This document shows positions 25,615 through 38,400 of a stretch of 64,000 nt of DNA, piece by piece. The number at the start of each line of letters is the position of its first letter. The first letter of the stretch is position 1. Source of the DNA: Octopus bimaculoides (Eukaryota); NCBI RefSeq assembly GCF_001194135.2, contig NC_069001.1:21808223-21872222 (forward strand), given 5' to 3'. The notes under the pieces were generated by a model. It saw only the letters and a program-made list of their open reading frames with translations. It made no database searches and was not told the DNA's origin. A program made the translations under genes and the position numbers.

Positions 25615-26200
25615 GAGTGAGAGATCAGCGCATGCCATCAAAATGACACTGGAGTAAAATATACAAAGCCCAGTATACCCATCATGACTACCCGTCTGAT
25701 AAGGGTACACCAGGCACATGAATCACAAGCATATGTGCGCGACATGGTGATCTCATGTCAAGATAAACAGCGCATGACCTCGCAGGTGGGGCCCAGTAAG
25801 AATTTTCTTCAGGTCGAGTAGCCCATCCCGCTCAAAAGGTCCCTGAATAAGGTTTCTTTAAGGATGTTGAGCAAAACACCCATGTTTCGAAAGGTGAATT
25901 ATTCAAACCCTAAACAATTTCTCTCAACACATGGCTACGATGCTCCCCCACTACTTCTGCCCGTGATCAGAGATGCACATACCGTCAGCCACCAAGGAAC
26001 ATGCTCAACTGGTTAAGGTCAAACAACTGACAAGCAAATCTGTGGTAAAAACCCGAATATTTGCTGTAGCCCATCTTTTATACCAAGACAAACCAACGTA
26101 CATGATAACACTTCCAATCACTTAAGATCAGAAGCCATGAGAGCCACTGCTTGGTACTGCATCCGGGCCACCACCAGCATGGCTAGAAATAAGGGCCAAA
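25615..26200 (-). repeat. Dispersed repeat with (AAT)n tail (probable LINE 3' UTR or SINE), long copy
   Basis: Collinear reverse-complement match to 34990-35492 over about 450 bp. (ATT)n at 25578-25612 forms the tail. Confidence 0.8.
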
Positions 26201-26299
26201 ACAACCCTTAGCCACGTGAGAGCACTTTTCTGCACACGCATGTCACTTTAATGACAACTGTACTTGTTGCCTTTCGGTTGTAAATTGCGAATAGCAACC

Positions 26300-26342
<43 letters not shown>

Positions 26343-28029
26343 TAATAAAAATAATAATAATAATATGTATATATNNNNNNNNNNNNNNNNNNNNNNNNNN
26401 NNNNNNNNNNNNNNNNNNNNNNNNNNNNNNNNNNNNNNNNNNNNNNNNNNNNNNNNNNNNNNNNNNNNNNNNNNNNNNNNNNNNNNNNNNNNNNNNNNNN
26501 NNNNNNNNNNNNNNNNNNNNNNNNNNNNNNNNNNNNNNNNNNNNNNNNNNNNNNNNNNNNNNNNNNNNNNNNNNNNNNNNNNNNNNNNNNNNNNNNNNNN
26601 NNNNNNNNNNNNNNNNNNNNNNNNNNNNNNNNNNNNNNNNNNNNNNNNNNNNNNNNNNNNNNNNNNNNNNNNNNNNNNNNNNNNNNNNNNNNNNNNNNNN
26701 NNNNNNNNNNNNNNNNNNNNNNNNNNNNNNNNNNNNNNNNNNNNNNNNNNNNNNNNNNNNNNNNNNNNNNNNNNNNNNNNNNNNNNNNNNNNNNNNNNNN
26801 NNNNNNNNNNNNNNNNNNNNNNNNNNNNNNNNNNNNNNNNNNNNNNNNNNNNNNNNNNNNNNNNNNNNNNNNNNNNNNNNNNNNNNNNNNNNNNNNNNNN
26901 NNNNNNNNNNNNNNNNNNNNNNNNNNNNNNNNNNNNNNNNNNNNNNNNNNNNNNNNNNNNNNNNNNNNNNNNNNNNNNNNNNNNNNNNNNNNNNNNNNNN
27001 NNNNNNNNNNNNNNNNNNNNNNNNNNNNNNNNNNNNNNNNNNNNNNNNNNNNNNNNNNNNNNNNNNNNNNNNNNNNNNNNNNNNNNNNNNNNNNNNNNNN
27101 NNNNNNNNNNNNNNNNNNNNNNNNNNNNNNNNNNNNNNNNNNNNNNNNNNNNNNNNNNNNNNNNNNNNNNNNNNNNNNNNNNNNNNNNNNNNNNNNNNNN
27201 NNNNNNNNNNNNNNNNNNNNNNNNNNNNNNNNNNNNNNNNNNNNNNTGTGTGTGTGTGTGTGTGTGTGTGTTTGTGTGTGTGGGGAGATGTATTTGCATA
27301 CGCCTATGTCTCTGAACAACTACGACCAACTGATTCATATATCTGAAACTAATTCCAGAGAATCTCTTTTGGTTTCACTGAAGTTAAATGTAATGATTCA
27401 GTAATCCATAACTGGAATCAACATCACTAACATCCCCATTATTTTCTCTTTTTATCCTAAAAATGACTAAGCACATTCTAATCCATGATTAACCTTTATT
27501 TCTATTTTAAAGAATATTATTTTTGTGGAGAAAATCGAAAATGTCGCATTACTGTTGTTGCATTTCGAAAGTAACCTTAGAAATCCATTTCTTCGTTAAT
27601 GCTGTAGCATACTTTTTGAATATATCGAAAAATTCTACGCGAATATTTAAAAGATCTTAAGTCAAACTTGAAGAAGTGTTTTAGAAACACATAATTTACA
27701 AAGCTAAATCTCTATAATAAGTCTGTGTAGTAAGGCAAAATACTACGGCTGAGACGGATCCAATGTGAATCTGATAAATATATTGACAATAACGAAAGGA
27801 AAAAGTGCTATAATGTAGGGAAGCAGGGAGACTTAATGTGTATTAGTCGAGTGAGCAACTGCTAAGAGCAAAGAGGAAATACAAAGAAAATCAAACAATA
27901 AAAAATTCATTGACGGGGAGAGAGAGATGTAAGGGGTATAATAATAGGGAAATCCATTACACACATAAGAATGCACAACGCAATGACACACAGGCACTCT
28001 AATGTATGTATATGTATATATATATATAC

Positions 28030-29865
28030 AAGTTATACTTAAGGGTATCTAAGAGATACCACCATGCTAGAGATGACCAGAAAATTAATCATCTACTCTG
28101 TATGGATGATCTAAAAATGTTTGACGGAAACGACAAAGAATTAGAAGAGCTCCTGAATATTCTCAAAGATTTCAAATATAGGTATGGAATTCGGACTTGA
28201 TAAATGTGCAAAGATTACTTTCAAGGCAGAAAACAGAGGCAGAAAAAAGAGAACTTGATACTACCACAACTATTCGAAACCTAGACTAATCCTAAGTATA
28301 CAAATATTTGGGGACCAATGAAGGTGATGGTATCCAGCACTTTAAAATGAAAAGAAAATCCGCAAGGAATGTTACCGAGGGTAAGAATGGTCCTAAACTC
28401 AGAATTAGCCATACCGTTAACCACATATAAGTTCGGTATCCTTAAGTGGAGTCTCATTGACAAGCAGAATATGCCTGGAAACATCCGTAAAGCTATTACA
28501 AGGTACGGAATGCAAAATCCAAATTTTAATGTAGACAGGATTTATCTTTCAAGAAAATAGGTGCAAGAGATCTGATACAGCTCGAAAAATCCTTCAAATC
28601 ACCAATACTAGGTCTTGAAACGTACCTTAATACAAGAGATGTGCTCTTATGAACTGCGCTGAAGCATGAAAATTCCAAGAAAGCTTCAGTCATGAAGTTT
28701 AGTCAGAAATTTAAAAAGTCTCTTGGCCTACAAGTTAACAGTAAGAAAGACTACAGGCACCAAAATACTGACATTGCTTCTCCTGATTTGGAAATTAACA
28801 ATCGGAAAGACCAAAGAGATCCAAATAGCGACAAACCTACCATTGCTTCTCCTGATTTGGAAATTAACAATCGGAAAGACCAAAGAGATCCAAATAGTGA
28901 CAAACCTACCATCGATGCAAGAAGCATTAAACAAAAAGCAAAGAATGTTTGCATGACTAATATCGAAGACTACTAGAAAGGTAAACTTTTGCATGGAAAA
29001 TACCCTGACCATCTGCCCAAGCCCGATGCTGATAAAAATCTAACACACCAATGGCTACAAGGGACAGACCTGAAAGCGGAAACCGAAGGTTTTGTTACTG
29101 CAGTGCAAGATCAGAGATTATCTATCAGAAACTACCATGCAAACGTCCTGAAAGATGGATCTGACCCTTCGTGCAGAATTTGCGGTAAGTTCACAGAGAC
29201 AATTGACCATGTTGTTTCTGGTTGCCCAGTCCCCGATGAAAAGGAGTACCTCATAAGACATATCAGATTAGGGCAGTACATCCACTGGAAAGCTTCTAAA
29301 TACTATAAAATTATATTGCATGATAAGTGGTACAGGCACTATTCAGAGGATGTAGTAAATGGCGAGGATGTCACCATCATTTGTAACTTTCCATTTACAA
29401 ACAGACACAAATATTGACTCCAATCGACCAGACATTGTGATCAAGGACTACAAAAGAGGAACTTGTCTGTTAATAGATATGTCTGTCCCACAAAATCAAA
29501 ATGTATCAAGAAAGGAATACGAAAAGCTTTCTCACTATAAAGATATGCAAATTGAAATCACAAAATGTGGAAGCTTAGTACTACGATAATACCAGTAGTA
29601 ATTGATGCGTTCGGAATGAAAAAGAAGGGAGCTGAGAGGTATATTAAGCAACTCCCTGGTAACTCCAATCTCAGTGAACTACAAAAGATAATCTTGATGT
29701 GTACTGCCCATATACTACGGAAAGCACTCTCCATCTAAAATGGAATAAATGTGGTGATAACTTTAGCATGCATAGAAAAACAAAAGTGCCCTTACTACTC
29801 TTGGCCTCCGGAGGACGCCCGGTACTAAAGCAACTGAAATAAAGTTATAATGAAAAGAAGCCATA
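28030..29865 (+). mobile_element. R4/Dong-like LINE, 5'-truncated: RT, CCHC knuckle, REL endonuclease, 3' UTR
   Basis: INHLLCMDDLKMF (RT), VDRIYLSRK, LKAETEGFVTAVQDQ, CRICGKFTETIDHVVSGCP, NRPDIVIKD...TCLLIDMSVP...KEYEKLSHYKD and LMCTAHILRKALSI*. It is followed by (GAT)n(AAT)n. Many stops and frameshifts. Confidence 0.93.
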
Positions 29866-29879
29866 GATGATGATGATGG

Positions 29880-29952
<73 letters not shown>

Positions 29953-29954
29953 AC

Positions 29955-30011
<57 letters not shown>

Positions 30012-30240
30012 TAATAATAATAACCGTGACGGCAACAAGGGCATAAGTAATAAGACTAACAATAATAAAACTAGCATTAATATAAATGACGATGCTGGAA
30101 TAATAATAGCAATAAAAATACTACTACTGCAGTTACTACAACTACAACTACTACTATTTATACTACTACTACTAATAATAATAACAACATCGACAGCAAA
30201 AACAACATTAAAAAACAATACCAAGAACAACAACAAGAAT
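29866..30240. repeat. (GAT)n-(AAT)n-(ACT/AAC)n trinucleotide tract
   Basis: Read directly; it abuts the LINE 3' end. Confidence 0.95.
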
Positions 30241-31914
30241 AACGATAATTTTAATAGGAATTACAAGAGCAAAAGACAAGTTGAATAGTATTAGATGTAC
30301 GAAATAAATGTGCAAATGTACGAAGTAGGGAATAAAAACATAATAAAACAATTAAGAATGAAATAAACATAAATGAAAAATAAATGGCGTAGAGAATATA
30401 AGAGTGTTTAACATAAAACACTAATATTGAAATAGAACTAGAAAATAAATATAAACTGACAATTCATCGATTTAATTAGATAGTCGCGTTCATGGATGTG
30501 TGTATGTGTGTTTATCTTTAGTGGTGATGAAGGTAGGTATCTGTGCATACTCAATAAAATATAGTGCTTTATTCAAAATGGAAATGAACACAGTAACATG
30601 AGTAGTACTGAATGAGAATCGTCGATCTCTATTCCATGTAGAATCGATTTCCATTCAGAAAATCGTTTTAAAGTTTTTGAAAAGGCATCAGATTCAGTGT
30701 CACATTACCTTTACGTCTTAAATAAATTTATTATCCTTTTGGTGTAAATTTCAATCATATTTCTCTCTGATTTCAGTTTTCCGTTTTCGACACCTCACAC
30801 CATAATGATGTTTGAAGCACCAGCAAACGAGGCGAAGTCATGTTTAAAGGTAAAATTTTAAGCTGTGTACAAATCATCGTCAAAGTCTGCGAAGAAATAG
30901 TTAAAGATTTTGCATTCGAATAACCAATAGGTACATTGAAAATATTTATGTTTGTCCAAGGAAATTTCTGAACGTTGTCGGCTTCTTGTTCATACTATTA
31001 ATTTCAACCACCGTGTAATTACATGTATCTAGACTGATGCAGTGAGGACTTAATTTCAGTGCGTGAAGTCTAATCAATTACAACTCTTGTGTTCTAAGAA
31101 GCACCAAAATAAGCATGGTCAAGCTGGGCAAGTTTCATCAGAACCCATTCTGTATAGACTTGTTTATCTAGTGTGTTCTTTATGGTTTGATTTCAGGAAG
31201 ATTTAGCTCTATTTCTTGGAGGTCGATTGCTACATCATATAGTCATACTAGTTGTTGACTACTGACATTTCAGAGGCACCTGCCTTGATTCATCAAATAC
31301 GTCTCACAGGTAGGTATAAATATGTATCAGGATATGCACTTTAATTCAATTCAACTGTATGAAGCGCGTTAATATTATTTGAAGTTCTCGAAAGTAATTG
31401 AAATTCTCCCGGTATTTTTCATTCTATATTCAAACAGCAACCGAATGTCAAAGTGATACAATGAATATCTCTCATGATTTCTTATGCTGAAGTGAAACAT
31501 TGGAATTTAAAAGACGAATGATATCTATACCTTTTGCTAACGGATACGAAATAAAATTTTACGCCACCATGTCGATAGGGAATAAAACGAATAATTGACA
31601 GGCTGTGCAGAAGAAATTGCTTTACATTTCCTACTCAACGACAAAAACACAATGTCTTTACATTGTGTCTCTGCTGGTATTCGATCAGTTAGAAACGACA
31701 AACTATTCTCCTTCAAATGACACTTCACGCCCATTGAAACAGGAAAAATTGAACAATGCAGTTTCTACGTGTAGAAAATAGCAGCTGATCAATGCTACAA
31801 TCACTTTGATCTTAATTATGATCGATAAGAGCTGGTTTACAGCAACTGAAAATCAGAAATTCTATTAAGCAGGCGGTATAAGTACTACGATTGATACTGC
31901 CAATTTTCTGATCT

Positions 31915-31980
<66 letters not shown>

Positions 31981-33900
31981 CCTTTCTGTATTAGCCACAA
32001 GGGCCGACAAAAATAGGATTGGACATTACAAAACATGGAGGATAAAGTGGGGTTATATAAGTGTCGTGTAAAAAGTCTATAACAATGAAAAATCTAACAA
32101 AATGCCTAAAAGAGGCAAGCAACTCAGGGCTACTCTTGGAGACCCCACGATAAAACCCACAAGCGCCCCGACCACTAGGATAAGAGTCCTCACTCCATCT
32201 CTCTCTCTCTCGCTCTCTCTCAGCCTTGGAAACGCAAAATCGCATGCTCAAAGTTGACACGGATCATATTCACGACTTCACACACCTTTCAACAAATTTG
32301 CTGGAAGTCAGCACTTCCCTCTCAACCCTCACTTTCCTTTTCAGATGGTATCTGAAAAGGTTGATGAGGGGTAGGCTAAAGAGGAAAGTATCTGTCTTCA
32401 GCGTTGCAGTCTTGACCACCACAGACCTCTTTCGCTGCAGCCACAAAACAGGTGAAAATTGCCGCCCCTTGCCGGTCAAAGGAAGGCAGTGGGGCAGTCC
32501 TCATGATGAAATCAGACAGCAAAGTGGACACGTCCTATACGTGACAGCAGGTGTTCGACATAAACGCATATATCAGATATGCTCGGGCACTGGGCGAGTG
32601 CATGCGGAACGGTTTCGTCGCTCTGCACACGTCTCGGCCAGGTCTGTCCCTGTAGAGATTATCTCGAATAGGCAAAGACTCCCGGTAGCACTGTCAAGCC
32701 AAGGATTTCTGGAAGTTATCCATAGGCTCCGGCCCGAAAGTCCTCCAGAACAGACTGGCGAGTTGAAATTCAACGACACCTAGAGTCTTCCCGAGATCGT
32801 CGTCGTTTCTTTTTTTCAACGTAGTAGAATTAACCACATTGCCCGACTGGCTGTGGAGCGTGGTACTTGTATCAAGGGGATAGGTATAATGCTTTCAGGT
32901 GGTTATTCTGTCCCCATTGATAACATCTTGGCCTTCTGTCCTCAACAGTGACGTCCAGCATAGCGCCATCTGGAAGGCTGAGTTGGTCAGGAATTTGTTC
33001 CAAAACCTCTTGGTTTATTTGTTCCATTATTTTCAATTACTCACCACTCCAGATGTTTTTTCCTTGTTTCTCGACTTGGATGATTCTGATTTTATCCTCG
33101 AAGATCAGAAGGACGCCGCATCAATCCAGCAAGCGTTTTCTGGTGGTATTTCCAATATTTTTTATCTTGGCAACGCGCCGTCCCAAGTATGTTGGAACTA
33201 CGACAACTTATCTGTTTCTCAGATGGCCTGTTGAGCGTTGTTTTGCTATGTCTTATGTAGCAAATCTAACTTCAATTGCGCCATATTTCTTACCCCTCGC
33301 CCAAAAAGTTACGTCTTTCCAAATGGGCTGCAAGCATTTTTCAACTGCTTGCTTTGTGGCAGTTTCTATCCGTTGATTTTTTAAAGATATAGTTTTGTAT
33401 ACCTTTGTACGTTTGTTTTCTCTATAATCTCTGGGGGTGTGTTTATCGAAACATCTTTCCCATTTTCTTTTTAAAATGTTTCTGTAGTCTTTGAGAAATT
33501 CTACATAAACATTTATAAATTCATTGCTTGGTTTTGCTATTGAAACAAAACATCGACTGTTTAATGCATTGGGTTTTTGTTATTGATGTTGGGTGTTCAA
33601 TGCGTTAGTGGTGGTAGTGAGGAGGGGCTTGGATTCACAGGTGTTGCGACGCTTGCAGCGTCCATTAGCTGAATTTCCATGCTCTTTTCCATTCCTTTCT
33701 CGCGTTTCTTTTCTTCCTTTTCTTTCTGTTGCTCAGCGTTGCTCATGCTAGCAAGACTTAGGCTGTTCCTCCCTCTACCTTTTAAGGCGTGGAGTGGGTG
33801 GAGGCAATTAATATTTACAATTTTTGGCTGTCTTCTGACAGCAAAGTGGGGAGTCAAAAAGACAGAAAGAGCTGATACTCTTCTCCAAGGACATTTTCAC
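31981..33900 (-). mobile_element. Tx1/L1-like LINE with large internal deletion (ORF1 joined to ORF2 C-terminus)
   Basis: ORF1-like part: KKYGAIEVRF...LPDGAMLDVTVEDRRPRCYQWGQNNHLKA (degenerate zinc knuckle). ORF2 C-terminus: LFWRTFGPEPMDNFQKSLA*QCYRESLPIRDNL...FRYHLKRKVRVEREVL..FVERCVK. The 3' end abuts (TTA)n at 31917-31980. Confidence 0.75.
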
Positions 33901-33940
33901 AAATTTTAAAAATCGAAAAATTGAAAAATGGAGATTTTAA

Positions 33941-34560
33941 TACAGTTCTATATTTAAGAGATGAGGAATTATGTACATTATTTATATTATTTACATTTGA
34001 CAACTACCCCCAAAACATACTATCTACTCCAATTATGAAGAAAGGAGAGGATGAAACCAATAAACTGTCTACCGTTTGTCTACTCTTTGTAAAAGGCCTC
34101 TCCAAAAAGATACAAAAGATATGCAACCCAATATGACATCAGGACAGAATTCAAGAATAATACAACACTTTGCAAATATCTCCTTCGGTTAAACCACCAA
34201 TAGAAGAGAATATGACCAAAAACTACGTGTACTCTATCCTATGCAGCTGTGGTAGGTTATACAAAGGCTAAACTTGCCGCCCCCTCAAAATAAGGCTAGA
34301 TGAACATAACAAAGCTGAGAAGATATTGATAAATCGGGTATAGCTAATCATGTATCGAAAAATGGAGACGACCTACCCCTCTGGGATGAAGTTAAAATAA
34401 TAGACAGAGAATACCACTGGAAAATATGAAAACTAAAAGAAGCAACACATATGCTAGGACACAATAACCTCCTAAGCAGACCTAGGGCAAATATGAATAG
34501 CATATGGGAACCGGTATTAAGGAAGGATAGGAAAATATTAGATTTATAAGCCCTAAAAAT
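33941..34560 (+). mobile_element. Penelope-like element (Poseidon-type) GIY-YIG fragment
   Basis: FVKGLSKKIQKICNP, NYVYSILCSCGRLYKG*TCRPLKIRLDEH, LWDEVKIIDREYHWKI and LLSRPRANMNSIWEP across frameshifts. Confidence 0.88.
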
Positions 34561-34574
34561 TCATTTCATAATTG

Positions 34575-34641
34575 CCCACGGGCATATAGCGTAGTGGTTA
34601 CTAGCGCGGACTACTAAACCCAGTTCGATTCCAGGCACTGA

Positions 34642-34714
<73 letters not shown>

Positions 34715-34873
34715 AGTAATAATAACATCAAAAAATACCTTAGGAATGAGAACCCAGGTTCGAAATTTCCCCAAGACACCTGATAATAGTTGGAGGGTAT
34801 ATCAGCCGAAACGTTGTGTTAACAACAAACACGATGAGGACAAATATCCGTCAAATATAAATAATGTAAATAG
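34575..34873 (+). mobile_element. tRNA-type Pol III head + (AAT)n + PLE-type tail with degenerate hammerhead
   Basis: A box TAGCGTAGTGG 34587-34597, B box AGTTCGATTCC 34622-34632, (AAT)n 34646-34710, then gacac CTGATAA ... tcagcc GAAAC GTT gtgtt 34775-34820. Confidence 0.7.
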
Positions 34874-34989
34874 TGGAGATTTTAAATTGAAAATTCACCG
34901 CAAAATCTCGTAAAAAGTTTCAGATACGACAATATTATCTGTAAAAATTGCACAAAAATATGAACACACGTCCTTTCTCTATGAAATCT

Positions 34990-35492
34990 ACGAGCATATG
35001 ATTATAATGATAATGCCTTGGTATAAAAGATGGGCGACAGCAAATATTCTGCTCAATAGCACAGATTTTGACTATCCTTTGCTTGACCTTAACCAGTTGA
35101 GCATGTCCCTTGATGACTGAAGATATGTGCACCTCTGATCACAAGCAGGAGAAGTGGGGAGCATTATAGCCATGTGCTGAGAGGAAGTCTTTGGGGTTTG
35201 AATAATTCACCTCTGGAAACATAGGTGTTTCGTTCAACATCCTTAAATAATCCTCAATATTCAGGGTTATTTAAGTTGAGCGGATGGGTTACGCGACCTC
35301 AAGAAAATTTTAACTGCGCCCCGCCTGCAAGGTTATGCGCTGTTTATCATGATATAAGATCACCATGTCGCGCACATATCGTTGTGGTACATGTGTCTGA
35401 TGTATCTTTATTAGACGGGTAGTCATAATGGGTATGTTGGGCTTCGTATATTTTACGCTAATGTCACTTTGATCGCACACTCTTTCACTCAA
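34990..35492 (+). repeat. Dispersed repeat with (ACT)n(AAT)n tail, same family as 25615-26200
   Basis: Collinear homology; it ends ...ctctttcactcaatactactact...aataat. Confidence 0.8.
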
Positions 35493-35554
<62 letters not shown>

Positions 35555-36128
35555 ATAATAATAATAATAATAATAATAATATTAATAATAATGATGATAA
35601 TAATAATAATAATAATAATNNNNNNNNNNNNNNNNNNNNNNNNNNNNNNNNNNNNNNNNNNNNNNNNNNNNNNNNNNNNNNNNNNNNNNNNNNNNNNNNN
35701 NNNNNNNNNNNNNNNNNNNNNNNNNNNNNNNNNNNNNNNNNNNNNNNNNNNNNNNNNNNNNNNNNNNNNNNNNNNNNNNNNNNNNNNNNNNNNNNNNNNN
35801 NNNNNNNNNNNNNNNNNNNNNNNNNNNNNNNNNNNNNNNNNNNNNNNNNNNNNNNNNNNNNNNNNNNNNNNNNNNNNNNNNNNNNNNNNNNNNNNNNNNN
35901 NNNNNNNNNNNNNNNNNNNNNNNNNNNNNNNNNNNNNNNNNNNNNNNNNNNNNNNNNNNNNNNNNNNNNNNNNNNNNNNNNNNNNNNNNNNNNNNNNNNN
36001 NNNNNNNNNNNNNNNNNNNNNNNNNNNNNNNNNNNNNNNNNNNNNNNNNNNNNNNNNNNNNNNNNNNNNNNNNNNNNNNNNNNNNNNNNNNNNNNNNNNN
36101 NNNNNNNNNNNNNNNNNNNNNNNNNNNT

Positions 36129-36391
36129 TTGAAAATGATACCAGGCTTACCATCCCTACAGGAAGTGCAAAAAATCGTGCTAACTGGAACGACTTATGTA
36201 CTGAGAAGAGCATTATCGCTGTGAAAACAACATCCATTCATGAATTTTTTTTTTCTTAAATACATGTTTTACCTGTGAATTTGCGTGTGTAAACTGGGAA
36301 TGCAAACAACGAGTTTCTCTGCCCTAGGTGTACGGAAAACACTCGGCGAGAAATGGAAGAAAATTTGAAGAAAGAAGAAAAAAAAAACAAT
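36129..36391 (+). mobile_element. R4/Dong-like LINE 3' end with complete 3' UTR
   Basis: KMIPGLPSLQEVQKIVLTGTTYVLRRALSL* is nearly identical to the 73-255 ORF, and the 3' UTR matches the reverse complement of 1-72. It is followed by (AAT)n(GAT)n. Confidence 0.9.
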
Positions 36392-37872
36392 ATAATAATA
36401 ATAATAATAATAATGATGATGATGATGATGATGATGATAATAACAATAATGATAATAATAATAATAATAATAGTAATAATAATAATGATAACAATAGTAA
36501 TAATAATAACAACAACAACGATGAAAACGGCCACACTGTTGCCATGCTACAAAGAGTGGCTGCAAGGATAGAGACTGCGGAAGTAGTGGTGGTAGCTATC
36601 GATGGCCACTGCTGCTGTGAGGGCATGGTAGAGGTCAGTGTAACGGTAATAACGGTGGAGCTGACAATAGTGGTAGAAATGATAAACGTTTCATCATTAA
36701 TCACACAGGTCGCAAAACTAATAAAGCTAATGTAGCACAAAAATGTCTTAGAAACAAAACGGAAAATTAAAACAGTACATCGAATCCTATGGTTAATGTT
36801 GAAACGCATCCCCCAAGAGAGAGTCAGCCGGAGGTCAAAAAGTCATCTACAAATAGAACCTGAATGGTCACTTGAACAGGAACTGCCCCATCGCTGTGGA
36901 ATAATAGAAATATGTATAACATAACAATATCAAATTATCGATAATATTAACTATCCTTTCCAACTTATAGACGACTGTATTTTCTCCATTCATCTTCTAC
37001 CATTGATACGATGGCCTATGATTTTCGGAACTTGCTGATATAGTGTCCATACCTCTCAAACACTTTAGACATCCTCACATCTCTCTTATCTTCCATAATG
37101 TGTTTACATACAGGGTTAAGATGTCTTCAATAAAACAAGCCATTATTTGAAATTCACTCGTTGATAATTGTTTTCTTACAGTAGGCGAGTAATAACTCAT
37201 CAGGTAGAATCTTCACCATACCAAACTAATCCATCTCGGAAGGCGAGTACAGGCCGTGTGAATCACTCCACCCATTTATAAATAAGTAAAACAATAGCAA
37301 CAACAACAAAAATAGATAGATTACTTGCTTATATGGAAATCAATATTATCTCGGGGAAGAAAAAAATGTTGAAAATTGACTTAGGTCTGTAAAAGTTAGC
37401 AGTCAATCGGGAATTCACCGAAAACGTCAAAAAGAGAAGACAAACAAAATAGCTCGCTCTCCATTGATAAACGAGAACATTTAAGAAGAGACCCGTGACA
37501 TGAATATTGATTATGTTCCATGTAAATAAAAGACACAAATACAGAGGGCATCTATCATGCTATGTCAAAATGGAAAATTTCAATATCGCTGCGTAGCAAG
37601 GAGTTAATGAACCTCGATATAATAGTAACCATCAAAGAAAGGGGACACGTTCAAAGAGATACATTATGCTGTCTAACTTTTTGCCAGACTCTGACAATTT
37701 AAAGAAATTAGTGAATGAAACCACCAAGGACTACAAGCAATACGCACAAAATACAAAGAATTGTTTTTGTACAGTAAAAAGTTCCCTTTGGAATGACATA
37801 CTATCGGTTTCAGTTCCATTGATCATCACCTTATTTTGGCAGGGCAGACGTGAGCTGTTTGGAAACACTCCG

Positions 37873-37950
<78 letters not shown>

Positions 37951-37972
37951 CATCCATCCATCTATCTATCTT

Positions 37973-38031
<59 letters not shown>

Positions 38032-38269
38032 GTGTGTGTATATATGTCTGTAAGTATATATACATGTATGTACATGTTTGTGCTTGTTTGTGATTATGCC
38101 GTTACTACTTGACAACATGTGGTTTCATCCCTGAAACGTAACGGTTTAGCGAAATGAATCAATAGAACAGGTACCAGACGTAAAAATATTTGTTTGGCTA
38201 AACCTTTCAACGTGGTGTCCCAGTTTCATCACATTCCACTGACAGAAACAAGTAAATAAATAGGGAATA

Positions 38270-38400
38270 ATCGAATTCATGGATGTCTAGTTTGAAGAGA
38301 CCACAACGAAATAGAAAAGCTATTAAAAATAGGACACAAAATCGCACAGGATATCAAAATGTGTATCAAACTAGACAAATGTGACAGCATAAGCATTTCT
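38270..38400 (+). mobile_element. Old R4/Dong-like RT fragment
   Basis: FMDV*, then RDHNEIEKLLKIGHKIAQDIKMCIKLDKC resembles YMDDL...L..LL..V..FS.DI.M.FGLDKC. Confidence 0.55.

Noticed and set aside
26208-27346. Long ORFs of several hundred codons in the ORF track
   Set aside because: Artefacts of N gaps and microsatellites; this applies to all X-rich, IY/HT/CV-repeat ORFs in the window.
37195-37203. CTGATGA on the minus strand as a hammerhead core
   Set aside because: Stem II base is unpaired and no stem I partner follows. The CTGATGA/CTGAAGA hits near 3815, 20800, 25808, 31135, 50935 and 53612 were rejected for the same lack of a complete stem and GAAA arrangement.
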